Assembly (NCBI GenBank): GCA_944390195.1
Contig: CALXOZ010000001.1
Coordinates: 40,189-104,188 of the forward strand
Length of the DNA stretch: 64,000 nt
Source of the DNA: an uncultured Alphaproteobacteria bacterium
Lineage (GTDB): Bacteria; Pseudomonadota; Alphaproteobacteria; CAAGCB01; CAG-977
Direction: 5' to 3'
The notes under the pieces were generated by a model that did not search any database, was not told the origin of the DNA, and saw nothing but the letters and a program-made list of their open reading frames with translations. Of the stretch, positions 1 through 11,265 are shown in pieces (position 1 is the stretch's first letter; each line of letters begins with the position of its first letter). The position numbers were made by a program, and so were the translations under genes.

Positions 1-37
1 GTAGAATTAAAATAACCACTTGTTTGCATAACTCCTC

Positions 38-406
38 TTATCCCTTTTCGTCTTTTTTTATCGGACAGCTGATTTCAACCAACCTTTCAATCATATGATG
101 CAACAAATCAACTTGGGCGGTTTGCGAAGCTTTATAATAAACTTCCTTGCCTTTTCGGGAACTGGTAATCAATCCGCCCGCTTTCAATTGTTTCAAGTGA
201 TGTGAAACGGCGGGACTGCTCATTTTCATTAAAGCCGACAAGTTTATGACACATTCTTCACAATGACATAGCAACCAAAAAATACGCACACGATTACTAT
301 CGTCCAACTGTTTAAATATATCCGACACGACCTGAAAATCTTGTGTCTGAGGCATATGATCAAAATCATTTTCGATACTTTGACCGTGATTATGGGGCAA
401 TGGCAT
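38..406 (-). CDS. ArsR/SmtB-family metal-responsive transcriptional repressor
   Basis: Winged-HTH ArsR motif (RVRIFWLL...SSPAVSHHLKQLK...GKEVYY) with His/Cys metal ligands. ATG at 406 has an AGGAGG RBS. Divergent from a metal ATPase. Confidence 0.9.
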   Translation of the reverse strand: MPLPHNHGQSIENDFDHMPQTQDFQVVSDIFKQLDDSNRVRIFWLLCHCEECVINLSALMKMSSPAVSHHLKQLKAGGLITSSRKGKEVYYKASQTAQVDLLHHMIERLVEISCPIKKDEKG

Positions 407-466
407 ATTTTCCTCCTGATTAAAATGGATGCTATCATACTTCATACATTAAACAACCGATAAAGA

Positions 467-495
467 TTGACAAATTATTCTTCCTTTCATATTAT
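467..495 (+). promoter_or_regulatory. sigma70-type promoter of HMA/P1B-ATPase operon
   Basis: TTGACA (467-472), 17-nt spacer, TATTAT (490-495). Confidence 0.7.
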
Positions 496-497
496 TT

Positions 498-517
498 AAT
501 TAAACGATTGTTTAATT
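498..517. promoter_or_regulatory. Putative ArsR operator (8-4-8 inverted repeat)
   Basis: AATTAAAC-GATT-GTTTAATT immediately downstream of the -10 box. Confidence 0.65.
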
Positions 518-538
518 GTTTAATTAAAGGAGAAGATT

Positions 539-757
539 ATGAAAAAAATATTCAAAATTAAAGTCGATTGCCCGAATTGCGCTAATAAAATGGAACAAGT
601 CGCTAATGAGACAAAAGGTGTTAAAAATGTTGTCATCAATTTTATGACTTTAAAAATGTTCGTCGATTTTCATGAAAACGCAGATATTGATTCAGTCATG
701 CAAGAAATACTCGGGAAATGTAAAAAAATAGAAAGTAACTGCACTATTTATTTATAA
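539..757 (+). CDS. Stand-alone heavy-metal-associated (HMA) domain protein
   Basis: 72 aa, DCPNCA metal-binding motif, AAGGAG RBS. Confidence 0.85.
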   Translation: MKKIFKIKVDCPNCANKMEQVANETKGVKNVVINFMTLKMFVDFHENADIDSVMQEILGKCKKIESNCTIYL

Positions 758-795
758 AATTTCTTTTTATTTTTACGATAAAATCAGGCAATCAC

Positions 796-2679
796 ATGAC
801 AAAAGAAGAAAAAATAACACTTTCAAGAATAATCATCTCTTTTACGATGATTATCTGCTTTCATTTCATGGCTTTATCTGATGGGGCGAAATTTTTCGCT
901 TATATCAGTGCATATCTTATCATCGGTTTCGATATTTTGATAAAAGCGGCGAAAGGGATAAAAAACCGGCAGGTTTTCGACGAAAATTTTTTAATGAGTG
1001 TCGCCACGTTAGGAGCAGTCATTTTAGCCGTTTTCAAAACGGGGGATTACACCGAAGCCGTGGCAGTCATGCTGTTTTACCAGATCGGAGAAATGTTTCA
1101 AAACCATGCTGTGGAAAAAAGCCGTAAGAACATCAGTCAATTAATGGATATTCGTCCTGATTACGCAAATATTGAAGTTGACGGGAAAATACAAAGGATT
1201 GATCCGGACAGCGTTCAAATCGGAGATGTCATCATTGTTTTACCGGGAGAAAAAATCGCGATTGATGGAACTATCATAAAAGGGGAATCTTTTTTAAATA
1301 CAGCCGCTTTAAATGGCGAGAGTCGACCGCATTTTGTAAAGGAGGGCGATGAAGTCTTAAGCGGTTGGATCAATTTGAACAGCGTCTTAAAAGTTAAAAC
1401 GACACAACTGTTTTCTCAGTCGACTGCTTCAAAAATTCTTGATCTGGTTGAAAATGCAAGTGCCAGAAAATCAAAATCAGAAAACTTCATTTCAAAATTC
1501 GCCCGCATTTACACACCTTTGGTCTGTTATGCGGCATTGATGTTGGCTTTATTACCACCTTTAATCAGAATGTTCATACTCAACCTGCCTTCCGATTGGG
1601 ATGTATGGATTTACCGTTCGTTAACTTTTTTAGTCATAAGTTGTCCGTGTGCTTTGGTCATCAGTATTCCTTTGAGCTTTTTTGCGGCAATTGGAGGAGC
1701 CAGTAAGGCTGGAATCTTGATAAAAGGGAGTAATTACATAGAAACCTTTGCCCGAACAAAAATTTTTGTGTTTGATAAAACGGGGACTTTGACAAAAGGG
1801 GTTTTTGAAGTTTGCGATATTCATCATAACGTTTTTGACAAAGAAAAATTTATCGAATATGCCGCTTTAGCCGAAAGCGCCTCATCTCATCCCGTTGCAA
1901 AAAGCATCCGACAAGCTCATGCGAAAGAAATCAATACAACCCGTGTTTCAGATATCGTTGAACATAGCGGGAAAGGGATATGCGCAAAAGTGGATGAAAA
2001 AAACATCGTCATCGGAAATGATACGTTGATGAAACAATTTAACATTCAATACGTTCCCTGTCATACAAAATCCACGATCATTCACATGGCAGTTGATTCA
2101 CAATACGCCGGACATATTGTCATTGCAGACATTGTCAAACCGGAATCAAAAGAACTCATCTCCGCGTTGAAAAAAGAAGGAATTAATAAAATCACCCTGC
2201 TCAGTGGAGACAATCGGCAAACTTCCGGTCAAGTCGCTCAATATCTTGGGATTCAAGACGTTCACAGCGAACTTTTACCGGCACAAAAGGTTCAAGAAGT
2301 TGAAAAACTGTTAAAATGCAAGGCAAAAAAAGAAACACTCGCCTTTGTCGGAGACGGTATGAATGATGCTCCCGTACTTTCCCGATCCGATATCGGAATT
2401 GCAATGGGGAGCATCGGTTCTGATGCGGCAATCGAAGCCGCTGACATTGTTTTAATGGATGACAATCCTTTAAAAATTCTTACCGCTCTGCGCATCTCAC
2501 GAAAATGTATGAAAATCGTTTATCAAAACATCTGGTTTGCACTGAGTATAAAGATTTTTTGTTTAATGCTCGGAGCTCTTGGACTGGCTGATATGTGGCT
2601 TGCCGTTTTCGCCGATGTCGGAGTGATGGTCATTGCCGTTTTTAATGCCATACGCGCTTTATCCATCAAAAACCTCTAA
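796..2679 (+). CDS. cadA: Zn/Cd/Pb-translocating P1B-type ATPase (CadA/ZntA-like)
   Basis: CPC, DKTGT, HP and GDGxND motifs. Lys in ALSIKIF and Asp in FADVG fit subtype P1B-2. No N-terminal HMA domain. Confidence 0.92.
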   Translation: MTKEEKITLSRIIISFTMIICFHFMALSDGAKFFAYISAYLIIGFDILIKAAKGIKNRQVFDENFLMSVATLGAVILAVFKTGDYTEAVAVMLFYQIGEMFQNHAVEKSRKNISQLMDIRPDYANIEVDGKIQRIDPDSVQIGDVIIVLPGEKIAIDGTIIKGESFLNTAALNGESRPHFVKEGDEVLSGWINLNSVLKVKTTQLFSQSTASKILDLVENASARKSKSENFISKFARIYTPLVCYAALMLALLPPLIRMFILNLPSDWDVWIYRSLTFLVISCPCALVISIPLSFFAAIGGASKAGILIKGSNYIETFARTKIFVFDKTGTLTKGVFEVCDIHHNVFDKEKFIEYAALAESASSHPVAKSIRQAHAKEINTTRVSDIVEHSGKGICAKVDEKNIVIGNDTLMKQFNIQYVPCHTKSTIIHMAVDSQYAGHIVIADIVKPESKELISALKKEGINKITLLSGDNRQTSGQVAQYLGIQDVHSELLPAQKVQEVEKLLKCKAKKETLAFVGDGMNDAPVLSRSDIGIAMGSIGSDAAIEAADIVLMDDNPLKILTALRISRKCMKIVYQNIWFALSIKIFCLMLGALGLADMWLAVFADVGVMVIAVFNAIRALSIKNL

Positions 2680-2686
2680 AGCGATA

Positions 2687-3130
2687 TCAGCCTCTGGGCA
2701 TGATTTTCGCGGGGTTTCCTCCTGCCATCGAATTATCCGGAACATTACTCACAATCACTGTGTTGGCTCCAATAATGCAATTATTGCCGATTTTTACAGG
2801 ACCAACAATAAAAGCTCCGGGATAAATGACAACATTGTCTCCGATCTGAGGATAGTTTGCCAAATTTCCCGTATGTCCCGGATAATCTCTGCCCCCTATC
2901 GTAACATTTTGATATATTAAACAATTCTTTCCCAATGTTGCATACTTGGATATAATAACACCCACCGGTAAAATAAAACGTGTCCCTTGTTGCTTCAACT
3001 TTTCAATATCACCGATATAACACATTTCTTTAAGCATACGCTCTTCTATTCCTGTCAATTGCACTTTTTCAGGAACATCACTTTTAAAAGCATGTATTGC
3101 CGTTTGTATCTTGTCTAAAAAATTAACCAT
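2687..3130 (-). CDS. Hexapeptide-repeat (LbH) O-acetyltransferase, serine-acetyltransferase-like
   Basis: IYQNVTIGG...PQIGDNVVIYPGAFIVGPVKIGNNCIIGANTVIV...GNPAK. ATG at 3130 has an AAGGTGG RBS. Confidence 0.75.
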   Translation of the reverse strand: MVNFLDKIQTAIHAFKSDVPEKVQLTGIEERMLKEMCYIGDIEKLKQQGTRFILPVGVIISKYATLGKNCLIYQNVTIGGRDYPGHTGNLANYPQIGDNVVIYPGAFIVGPVKIGNNCIIGANTVIVSNVPDNSMAGGNPAKIMPRG

Positions 3131-3192
3131 ATTCCACCTTTTCTTGTTTCCTCTATAAACTTTAAATTCTATAAAATAAAAACTCAAATAAA

Positions 3193-3222
3193 AAAAACGG
3201 CTGTTCTAAAACAGCCGTTTTT
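3193..3222. terminator. Intrinsic terminator downstream of RND permease
   Basis: AAAAACGGCTGTT / AACAGCCGTTTTT inverted repeat. Confidence 0.75.
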
Positions 3223-3228
3223 CCAGTT

Positions 3229-6200
3229 TTATTCACCTCTTGTCGCTAAGAACTTGGCATTTTTCCGTTCTAATTTTATACGGCGCTTTTCATGGAATTT
3301 TTCACGATGTTTCACAAATGTAACGAACAACATCGGAATAACAAAGATACCAAATGCCGTCGCAGCGATCATTCCACCGAACACCGTCGTCCCAACTGAA
3401 CGACGTGCCATCGCGCCCGCACCAGAGGCAATAACCAACGGTAAAAGTCCTAAAATAAAGGAAACAGCCGTCATCATCACGGCACGGAAACGTAAATGAG
3501 CCGCTTGAATCGCAGCTTCTTCAGGATCCATTCCGCCTTCTCTTAATTCTTTTGCAAATTCGACAATCAAAATTGCGTTCTTTGAAGCTTGAGCAATCAA
3601 TAATACGAAACCGATCTGAGCATATACATTATTTACCAATCCGAATGTATACAAGAAGACCAACGCTCCCAACAAAGCGACTGAAACAGACAGCAACACG
3701 GTTATCGGGATCATCCAGCTTTCATACAAAGCAACCAAGAACAAGTAGGCGAACAAGAATGCCAGAACCAAAACGACTGAAGTTTGACCTCCGGCTTCTT
3801 TTTCCTGAAAAGACATACCCGTCCATTCATATTCATACCCTTTAGGTAAGACCTCTTTGGACAGCCTTTCCATTTCCTCCATGGCTTGTGTCGAACTGAC
3901 TCCTTCGGCAGCAGAACCGTTTATTTTAACAGTCATCATATTGTTATAACGCGTTAATTGTTGCGGTCCCAAAACGGGTTTTATCGTCAACAATGAACGC
4001 ATAGGAACCATATCGCCTTTGTCATTACGGGCATAAATACGGAAAATATCCTGTTCTTTACTACGGAACTGTTCTTGACCTTGTACGTTCACCTCGTAAA
4101 CACGCCCGTTCAACGTAAAGTCGTTGACATAAGCATAACCTAATGTGGATTGCAGCTGGGAAAACACTTCCTGAATGCTGATTCCAAGCATTTTCGCTTT
4201 AATCCTGTCCAAAGAAACGAACAGTTGAGGCGTTGACGTATTAAACGTACTGTACACCATATTCATCTTTGGATTTTGATTTGCAGCCTGTAACAAACGG
4301 TACATGACTTGCTCCATTTGTTGAGGCGTTTCCCCTTGAGCATTTTGCAAACGATAATCGAAACCATTAGCCAAACCAATACCCGGAATGGCAGGTATGT
4401 TGAAAGAACGGATCAAAGCACCTTGAATTTGGTTTAATTGGGGCTGAAGGCTTGAAATGATCGACTGAACCTGCATTGATGTATCTTGACGTACTTCATA
4501 AGGTTTCAACCCGATAATCATCATACCGACGTTTGATCCGCTTCCCCCGATCATACTGTGTCCGGCGACAGACATCACATTTTCAACAGCCGGATGTGCC
4601 GCTATGATTTTATAGGCTTCTTTTTGAACTTCAACCGTGCGCTGCAAGGAGGCCCCTTCCGGTAACTGCATATCCATCATAAAGACCCCTTGGTCTTCGT
4701 CCGGTAAAAAGCCCGACGGAGTAATTTCATTCATTCCGACAGCAGCTGCAATAACAGCGGCGATGATCAAAATGGACAAAGAAGAATGACGCACCAAATG
4801 CTTGACTATTGCGGAATAACCATCGCGTCCTTTATCAATTTGGCGCATGACCCAAGGAACAAAACCTGTCTTCTTTTTTTCTTCCCGATGCAACAAGACT
4901 GCGCACAATGCCGGAGACAAAGTCAAAGCATTTACAGCCGAAATCAACATAGAACAAGAAACGGTTATGGCGAATTGCTTATATAACTGCCCCGTAATAC
5001 CGGGAATGAAAATAACCGGAACAAACACGGACAAAATAACAAGCGTAATCGCAATAATCGGAGCCGTTATTTGACTCATCGCTTTTGCGACGGCATCCGG
5101 TACCGACAGATCGGGCTCCTCTTCTATCACACGTTCTGTATTTTCAACGACCATAATAGCATCGTCCACCACAATTCCGATCACCAAAACAATGGACAAC
5201 AAAGAAATTGTGTTTGCCGATACGCCGAAAGGCGCCATGAAAATAAATGTACCGATCAAAGACACAGGAACGGCCACAGCCGGAATTAACGTCGCCCGCC
5301 ATGTCCCCAAAGACAAATAAACAACCAACAAAACCAAAATGACAGCTTCAACAATCGTATCGAAAACTTCATCAACGGTCGCTTCGACGAAAACCGTCGT
5401 ATCAAAGATGATCACATAATCGACACCTTCGGGAAAGAACTGCTTCATTCTTTCCAATTCGGATTTCACCTTTGTCGCGACATCCATAGCATTTGCTCCG
5501 GGAGCCAGATTGATCATCGCCCCTGATGACGTACGACCGTTATAACTGATCGCCGAAGAATACGAAGTTGTTCCCAGTTCGATTTTTGCAACGTCTTTCA
5601 AACGCAACAATCCGCCGTCTTTATTAGCACGCAAAATAATGTTACCAAATTCTTCCGGCGTGTTTAACCGTCCTGAAGTTTTTAAAGAAAACTCCATTTG
5701 TTGGTCTTTCGGAGCAGGAGACGCACCGACGGATCCGATAGCAGGCTGAATGTTTTGCGATGAAATAGCGGCAATGACATCATTGTTTGTCAACCCCAAA
5801 TTAGCCAGCCGTTCCGCATCCAACCAAACGCGCATACTATAATCTATGTCACCGAACGTATTGACTTCACCGACACCGGTAATACGCGCTAAATCGTCTT
5901 TTACGCGCGATTCCATATAGTTTGCCAAAAACGCCATATCTCGGGATCCATCCGGAGAATACAACGAAAATGTCATAAGCATGGAAGATGTTCTTTTCTT
6001 TACCGTTACGCCTTGCTGCTGAACTTCGCTGGGCAGTTGTGTCGTAATCTGATTGATACGGTTTTGAACGTTCACTGTATTCATATCGGGATCCGTCCCT
6101 AAAGCGAACGTAACATCCAATGAATATGTGCCGTTATTTGAACTGGTCGATTCCATATAAAGCATATTATCGACACCGTTGACTTGAGATTCGATAATCT

Positions 6201-6390
6201 GCGCAACCGTTTGTTCAATAACTTCCGCTGAAGCGCCAGGGTATGTCGCTGAAACAGAAACAGACGGCGGAACGACATCCGGTAATTGAGCGACAGGAAT
6301 TGTTTTTAATGAAATCAAACCGGCAATCGTAATCACCAAAGAAATAACGATCGCCAAACGGGGTCTTTTAATAAAAATACGCGAAAACAT
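3229..6390 (-). CDS. RND efflux permease, HAE1 (AcrB/BepE-like)
   Basis: 1053 aa. Proton-relay motifs GIVVDDAI and SKNAIL, plus RFRAVMMT. Confidence 0.95.
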   Translation of the reverse strand: MFSRIFIKRPRLAIVISLVITIAGLISLKTIPVAQLPDVVPPSVSVSATYPGASAEVIEQTVAQIIESQVNGVDNMLYMESTSSNNGTYSLDVTFALGTDPDMNTVNVQNRINQITTQLPSEVQQQGVTVKKRTSSMLMTFSLYSPDGSRDMAFLANYMESRVKDDLARITGVGEVNTFGDIDYSMRVWLDAERLANLGLTNNDVIAAISSQNIQPAIGSVGASPAPKDQQMEFSLKTSGRLNTPEEFGNIILRANKDGGLLRLKDVAKIELGTTSYSSAISYNGRTSSGAMINLAPGANAMDVATKVKSELERMKQFFPEGVDYVIIFDTTVFVEATVDEVFDTIVEAVILVLLVVYLSLGTWRATLIPAVAVPVSLIGTFIFMAPFGVSANTISLLSIVLVIGIVVDDAIMVVENTERVIEEEPDLSVPDAVAKAMSQITAPIIAITLVILSVFVPVIFIPGITGQLYKQFAITVSCSMLISAVNALTLSPALCAVLLHREEKKKTGFVPWVMRQIDKGRDGYSAIVKHLVRHSSLSILIIAAVIAAAVGMNEITPSGFLPDEDQGVFMMDMQLPEGASLQRTVEVQKEAYKIIAAHPAVENVMSVAGHSMIGGSGSNVGMMIIGLKPYEVRQDTSMQVQSIISSLQPQLNQIQGALIRSFNIPAIPGIGLANGFDYRLQNAQGETPQQMEQVMYRLLQAANQNPKMNMVYSTFNTSTPQLFVSLDRIKAKMLGISIQEVFSQLQSTLGYAYVNDFTLNGRVYEVNVQGQEQFRSKEQDIFRIYARNDKGDMVPMRSLLTIKPVLGPQQLTRYNNMMTVKINGSAAEGVSSTQAMEEMERLSKEVLPKGYEYEWTGMSFQEKEAGGQTSVVLVLAFLFAYLFLVALYESWMIPITVLLSVSVALLGALVFLYTFGLVNNVYAQIGFVLLIAQASKNAILIVEFAKELREGGMDPEEAAIQAAHLRFRAVMMTAVSFILGLLPLVIASGAGAMARRSVGTTVFGGMIAATAFGIFVIPMLFVTFVKHREKFHEKRRIKLERKNAKFLATRGE

Positions 6391-6401
6391 AGGCGTTATC
6401 C

Positions 6402-7595
6402 TTATTTCTCAACCGGTTGGGTTGTTTTATTCTGCATCACCTTTCGTTCGCCGGATCTGGAATCAACGTCTGGCGCCGTTCTGGACAAATCAGCAATAAC
6501 CTCTTGCCCCGGACGAACTTTCTGCAAACCGCTGACAATGACTTGATCTCCGGCTTCCAACCCTTCCAAAACAACAATATTTTCTCCTTGCGGAGTTCCT
6601 ACGCTAATCGGTTTATTGACAACTTTCCCTTGAGAATTAACAACATAGACATATTTCGATGTAGCCGAAGACATCAATGCCGCCTGAGGAATGACAATTT
6701 TTTCATCCGGCGCTTCATATTCCATCAAAACAGATACAAATTGTCCAGAAATCAATTGTTCTGTCGGGTTCGGAAATACCGCACGCAATTTTACCGTATC
6801 CGTAGAATCATCAACAACGACATCTGTAAAGTTGATTTGCCCGCTATAACGATATATTGAATCATCCGCCATCACCAAAGAAATAGCCAATGCATCACTG
6901 TTTGTATTAAATACTCCTGCATTTTGCATTAACAACAATTCCCTTTCAGACACAGAGAACAAAACATATATCGGATCATAGCTGACCATCGTTGCCAATG
7001 TGGTATTTACCGGCAGATATTCACCAATTGAATAAATTGACAAACCGATTTTACCTGTAAAAGGAGCCTTAATACTGGTATAACCCAAATCCAGTTTCGC
7101 AAGATTCAAAGCGGCTTGTGCCTGTAAAACCTGAGCTTTTGCAACGCTGTTTTCAGCTTCACGAGCATCAACAGTTGATTGAGAAACATTTCCTGTCCGA
7201 CGCAATTCCAAAGCACGATCCAAATTTAATTTGGCATTCTTTGCATCGGCTTTTGCTTTTGCCAGATTTGCGGCCGCTTCCGCTATTTGCGCTTCAAACG
7301 GTTCCTGTTCCAACGTAAATAACACTTGTCCTTTTTTTACGACATCACCTTCATCAAAATGACGTTCTTTTAAAAATCCGGCGACACGAGCTTTTAAAGT
7401 TACCGTGTTAACGGCATCAACACGTCCCGGAAAATTAAACCGTTCCGTATATGCTTTATACACAGCTTTTTCTACCGTTACATGAGGCTTTTGAACAACC
7501 TGGGCTGTTGTTTCTTTTTTCTTTAAGCATCCGTTCAACATCACAACAGAAACCAACATCAAAGCAAAATACGATAAAAAATGACGTTTCAACAT
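6402..7595 (-). CDS. RND periplasmic adaptor (MFP) lipoprotein
   Basis: Lipobox [22 protein letters not shown]; co-oriented with the permease. Confidence 0.93.
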   Translation of the reverse strand: MLKRHFLSYFALMLVSVVMLNGCLKKKETTAQVVQKPHVTVEKAVYKAYTERFNFPGRVDAVNTVTLKARVAGFLKERHFDEGDVVKKGQVLFTLEQEPFEAQIAEAAANLAKAKADAKNAKLNLDRALELRRTGNVSQSTVDAREAENSVAKAQVLQAQAALNLAKLDLGYTSIKAPFTGKIGLSIYSIGEYLPVNTTLATMVSYDPIYVLFSVSERELLLMQNAGVFNTNSDALAISLVMADDSIYRYSGQINFTDVVVDDSTDTVKLRAVFPNPTEQLISGQFVSVLMEYEAPDEKIVIPQAALMSSATSKYVYVVNSQGKVVNKPISVGTPQGENIVVLEGLEAGDQVIVSGLQKVRPGQEVIADLSRTAPDVDSRSGERKVMQNKTTQPVEK

Positions 7596-7690
7596 ACACT
7601 CACACTCCCTTTAAGGGTTCACACGAGACATTGCCCGAAGACAACCCATTTTTTTATACAAAAGTAATTTTATTCCGACAAGCGCTTTTT

Positions 7691-8548
7691 TTAATGAACA
7701 AAGGTATTAAAAAACCACCAATCCGGATATTTCCGGCTTAACCTTTCACAACATAATGATGCCTCTTGAACATTGGGAAAAACCCCAAAACACGTCCCTC
7801 CGCTTCCAGACATTCTCGCCAAACGGCACAAAGGATCGGCTTGTAAAACTTCCAACACTCTCAAAACCTCCGGTTCCAATTGGCAAGCGGCTTGAGTCAG
7901 ATCATTATGTCTTTGTTGCAAAGCTTGAATAAAATCATCAAAATTTTTCATATCTTCCGTAAAAGGAGCCGGATCGGAAAATACCGGCAACCTTTTTTTA
8001 AAGACTTCCGGTGTCGATACGGGGCGATTCGGATTGACAAGAACCAAAGAAAAAGACGGAAGATTCGGAGCCGGTTTCAATATATCGCCTATCCCTGAAA
8101 CCTGAACCGGACGGGACTGCAGGCACGAAGGAACATCGGCTCCTAATGATAAAGCAATTTCTTGTAATCTTTTTATAGGCATTTGCTGATTCCACAATAT
8201 CAACAATGCCTTTAATGTCGCTGCCGCATCGGCAGATCCGCCCCCGATCCCTGAAGAAACAGGTAAATTTTTTTCCAATGTGATTTCCACATTACAGTCT
8301 TGCCCGCAAATTGATGCCAGCAAACGAACCGCTTTCAATACGATATTATCGTTTTCATAACGTAATGAATCAGCATAGGGACCCGTCAATTTCAATGCGA
8401 GCCGATCTGATTTGCGGACATGGACAACATCTCCGTCCTTTGTAAAAACAAACAAACTGTCCAACAAATGATACCCGTCATTGCGACGTCCCGTTACATG
8501 CAAATACAGATTGACTTTTGCCGGAGCTGTCAGGGAAACAACACTCAT
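7691..8548 (-). CDS. ispE: 4-diphosphocytidyl-2-C-methyl-D-erythritol kinase
   Basis: APAKVNLYL, LPVSSGIGGGSADAA, MSGSG. Confidence 0.95.
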   Translation of the reverse strand: MSVVSLTAPAKVNLYLHVTGRRNDGYHLLDSLFVFTKDGDVVHVRKSDRLALKLTGPYADSLRYENDNIVLKAVRLLASICGQDCNVEITLEKNLPVSSGIGGGSADAAATLKALLILWNQQMPIKRLQEIALSLGADVPSCLQSRPVQVSGIGDILKPAPNLPSFSLVLVNPNRPVSTPEVFKKRLPVFSDPAPFTEDMKNFDDFIQALQQRHNDLTQAACQLEPEVLRVLEVLQADPLCRLARMSGSGGTCFGVFPNVQEASLCCERLSRKYPDWWFFNTFVH

Positions 8549-10308
8549 TTTGTTTTCTTTTTCTTTGGCAAACGAACTTTATCCCCGACGGCATCAAGCC
8601 CCTTTTCCAGCTTCATTTTCACCCGATCCCGACCGTTTTCGGGAAAGTCGTCATTCAAAGCCAAGGACTTCGACCATTGAAAACGGGCTTCACGTTTCCG
8701 ACCGACACGCCAATAAGCATCTCCCAAATGATCGTTAATCACCGCGCTTCCGGGATCCAAATCAACAGCTCTTTCCAAGACAATTACCGCATGATCATAA
8801 TCTTCCAGCAAATAATATGCCCATCCCAAGCTATCCATGACAAAGCCTTCGCGTGGAGCCAATAAAGCCGCTTTTTCCAACATCTCTTTGGCTTTCAATA
8901 CATTTTTGCCACGTTCTATCCACGAATACCCCAAATAATTCAATGTCAAAGGTTGATCCGGAGATAATATCAAAGCTTGTAACAAATCCTGTTCAGCCAA
9001 ATCCCATTGTTGATTGCGTTCATATGCCGCCCCTCGACTATAGAACAAAGTCCAATGTGAACGATCCAAAATCGGAACACGGTCAATGGCTTGGGTAAAG
9101 GCTTCTATAGCTTGCGGATATTTGGCATTTGCAATAAAAACATTTCCTAATTCTATCCATGGAAAAGCCAAATCGGGACGTTTTTGCGCCAACATGCGCA
9201 ATTGTTTTTCAGCCCTGTCAAGATCACCTTTCTGAGCATAGATGATCCCCATACGCACTTGACTGGCATAATAGGTTTCTGAATTTTCATTTTCTTCTTC
9301 ATACAGAGCCAAAGCCTGATCGTAACGTTCTTGTTTTTCGTAGATTTCCCCTAACAAAACTCGCGCCAAAGATAATGACGGATCTAAAACCAAACCGAAA
9401 CGAATAAAAAACAATGAAATTTCCGGACTGCCCTTATCCGCCAGACTGCCTGAAATATCAAAAAAAGCTTCTGCCAATCCAGCTCTTGGCGTGGCTATGC
9501 TCTTTGGCACCTTTTTATCCGCCTTTTGCGCTCCGGCGGTGAAAAAGGTTTCATCCAATAAGGGATACGATTTTGCCCCTTTCCGGTAAGCTTCAACCAA
9601 AGCTTTGAATTTCTTCTCTTCCCCCTGCCTTAATAAAAAGTTACCATAGGCTTGAGCCGCACGCAAAGACAATCCGCCGGGTTCTTGCAAAAGCGCTTCA
9701 TAGTTTTCTTTTGCCTTGTCTTCTTCACCCCACATATCGTACAAAAGAGCCGAATGAAAATAGTACAACGATTCCAATCCGGGCTGATCCAGTTTGCTTA
9801 AAGCTTGTAAAGCTTTCTCCCGATCTTTCCGTCCCGCCTGTATCCACACTTCCAGCAAAGGGTATAAAAAAGCGTTTTCTTCTTTTGTCGGGAATTCATC
9901 AATTTGTTTTTGAGCGGCATCAAAATCATTCTTTGAAACATGATACGCAATCACAACCAAAGACGCCAATAAAGAATTCGGATCCGTTTCCAATTCTTTT
10001 TTCGCATACGGATAAGCCTCATCAATACGCCCTTCAACCGTCAACAACGTAAACATCTCCGATTCCAAAGACTTGTTGCCCGGATCGGATTTTAGAGCTT
10101 TCTTTAAATAATCTACAGCTGAATCAAAATCTTGATCTTGTCTTGCCTGCAAGTATAATAAATAATTGGTGACATCTATTGATTTGCCCGTTTTTATCTG
10201 AACCGGTATTTTTTTCTGAGATGTTGCCGATCCTGCTCCCGTATTGTGGGGGACACATGCGGCCAAAATCAAAAAAGACAAGGTAAATATTTTTGAACGT
10301 ACGCTCAT
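8545..10308 (-). CDS. TPR-repeat lipoprotein
   Basis: Lipobox LAAC; TPR motifs LNYLGYSW, DSLGWAYY, DHLGDAYW; conserved upstream of ispE. Start uncertain (10308 or 10323). Confidence 0.85.
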   Translation of the reverse strand: MSVRSKIFTLSFLILAACVPHNTGAGSATSQKKIPVQIKTGKSIDVTNYLLYLQARQDQDFDSAVDYLKKALKSDPGNKSLESEMFTLLTVEGRIDEAYPYAKKELETDPNSLLASLVVIAYHVSKNDFDAAQKQIDEFPTKEENAFLYPLLEVWIQAGRKDREKALQALSKLDQPGLESLYYFHSALLYDMWGEEDKAKENYEALLQEPGGLSLRAAQAYGNFLLRQGEEKKFKALVEAYRKGAKSYPLLDETFFTAGAQKADKKVPKSIATPRAGLAEAFFDISGSLADKGSPEISLFFIRFGLVLDPSLSLARVLLGEIYEKQERYDQALALYEEENENSETYYASQVRMGIIYAQKGDLDRAEKQLRMLAQKRPDLAFPWIELGNVFIANAKYPQAIEAFTQAIDRVPILDRSHWTLFYSRGAAYERNQQWDLAEQDLLQALILSPDQPLTLNYLGYSWIERGKNVLKAKEMLEKAALLAPREGFVMDSLGWAYYLLEDYDHAVIVLERAVDLDPGSAVINDHLGDAYWRVGRKREARFQWSKSLALNDDFPENGRDRVKMKLEKGLDAVGDKVRLPKKKKTK

Positions 10309-10440
10309 TATTGATTTTCCCATACAAAATTGTTTCATTGTGTTCTGTTTTATTTAAAAAATCAAGAGCCTCCTTCACTTTTGAAAGATTCTTTTTTAAT
10401 TATTTTTTCTATCGTTTTAAATTATGCTATCCTAAAAAAC

Positions 10441-11265
10441 ATGCAACATACTTCGACACTTGAAGCACTTTTACAATGGTATATAACTGCCGGCGCTGAT
10501 GAAACCATTCAAAACGAAAGCGTCAACCGTTTTCTATACACAAATGCGAAAAAAGAGGATTTGCCTATTTCTGAAGAAAAGGTTTCCGATTTCATTATTC
10601 CAAATCAAACTTTTGTCCCTTCTTTTGCGCTTGAACAAACCGCTCCGACAAAATCAGCCTCTTTCTTTATTCAAGAAACTCAAACACAAAATTTAGCCGA
10701 TCAAGCTGATAATTTGGACGAATTGAAAACAATCATTTTAAATTTCAACGAATGCCCATTAAAAAACACGGCAACGAATATGGTTTTCGGAAATGGTAAT
10801 CCTCACGCCGCCCTGATGATCATCGGAGAAGCGCCGGGAGCGGAAGAAGATAAACAAGGATTGCCTTTTGTCGGAGCCAGCGGGCATCTACTGACTTTAA
10901 TGTTGCAATCCATCGGGCTGAACAGAGATGACGTTTATATTTCAAATATCCTGCCATGGCGTCCTCCCGGAAACCGTAAACCGACAGAAGCGGAAACAGC
11001 CCTCTTTTTGCCATTCGTACGAAAACATATCGCTTTAATCAATCCTAAAATTCTGCTCTTATTAGGAAGCAGCGCGACTTCAGCTTTGTTGCAAACAAAT
11101 GCGGGAATTACTAAAATACGCGGCAGATGGATGAATTATACAGATGGTCATATCTCCATAAAAGCAATGCCTTCATTTCATCCCGCTTTTCTTTTACGCA
11201 ATCCGGCTCAAAAAAAATATTCGTGGCGAGACTTTCTTTGCGTGCAAAAGGTCTTATTTAATTAG
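10441..11265 (+). CDS. Uracil-DNA glycosylase family 4
   Basis: GEAPGAEED, PWRPPGNR, HPAFLLR. Confidence 0.92.
   Translation: MQHTSTLEALLQWYITAGADETIQNESVNRFLYTNAKKEDLPISEEKVSDFIIPNQTFVPSFALEQTAPTKSASFFIQETQTQNLADQADNLDELKTIILNFNECPLKNTATNMVFGNGNPHAALMIIGEAPGAEEDKQGLPFVGASGHLLTLMLQSIGLNRDDVYISNILPWRPPGNRKPTEAETALFLPFVRKHIALINPKILLLLGSSATSALLQTNAGITKIRGRWMNYTDGHISIKAMPSFHPAFLLRNPAQKKYSWRDFLCVQKVLFN

Noticed and set aside
3229-7595. RND pump lacking an outer-membrane factor
   Set aside because: TolC-type genes are routinely encoded elsewhere.
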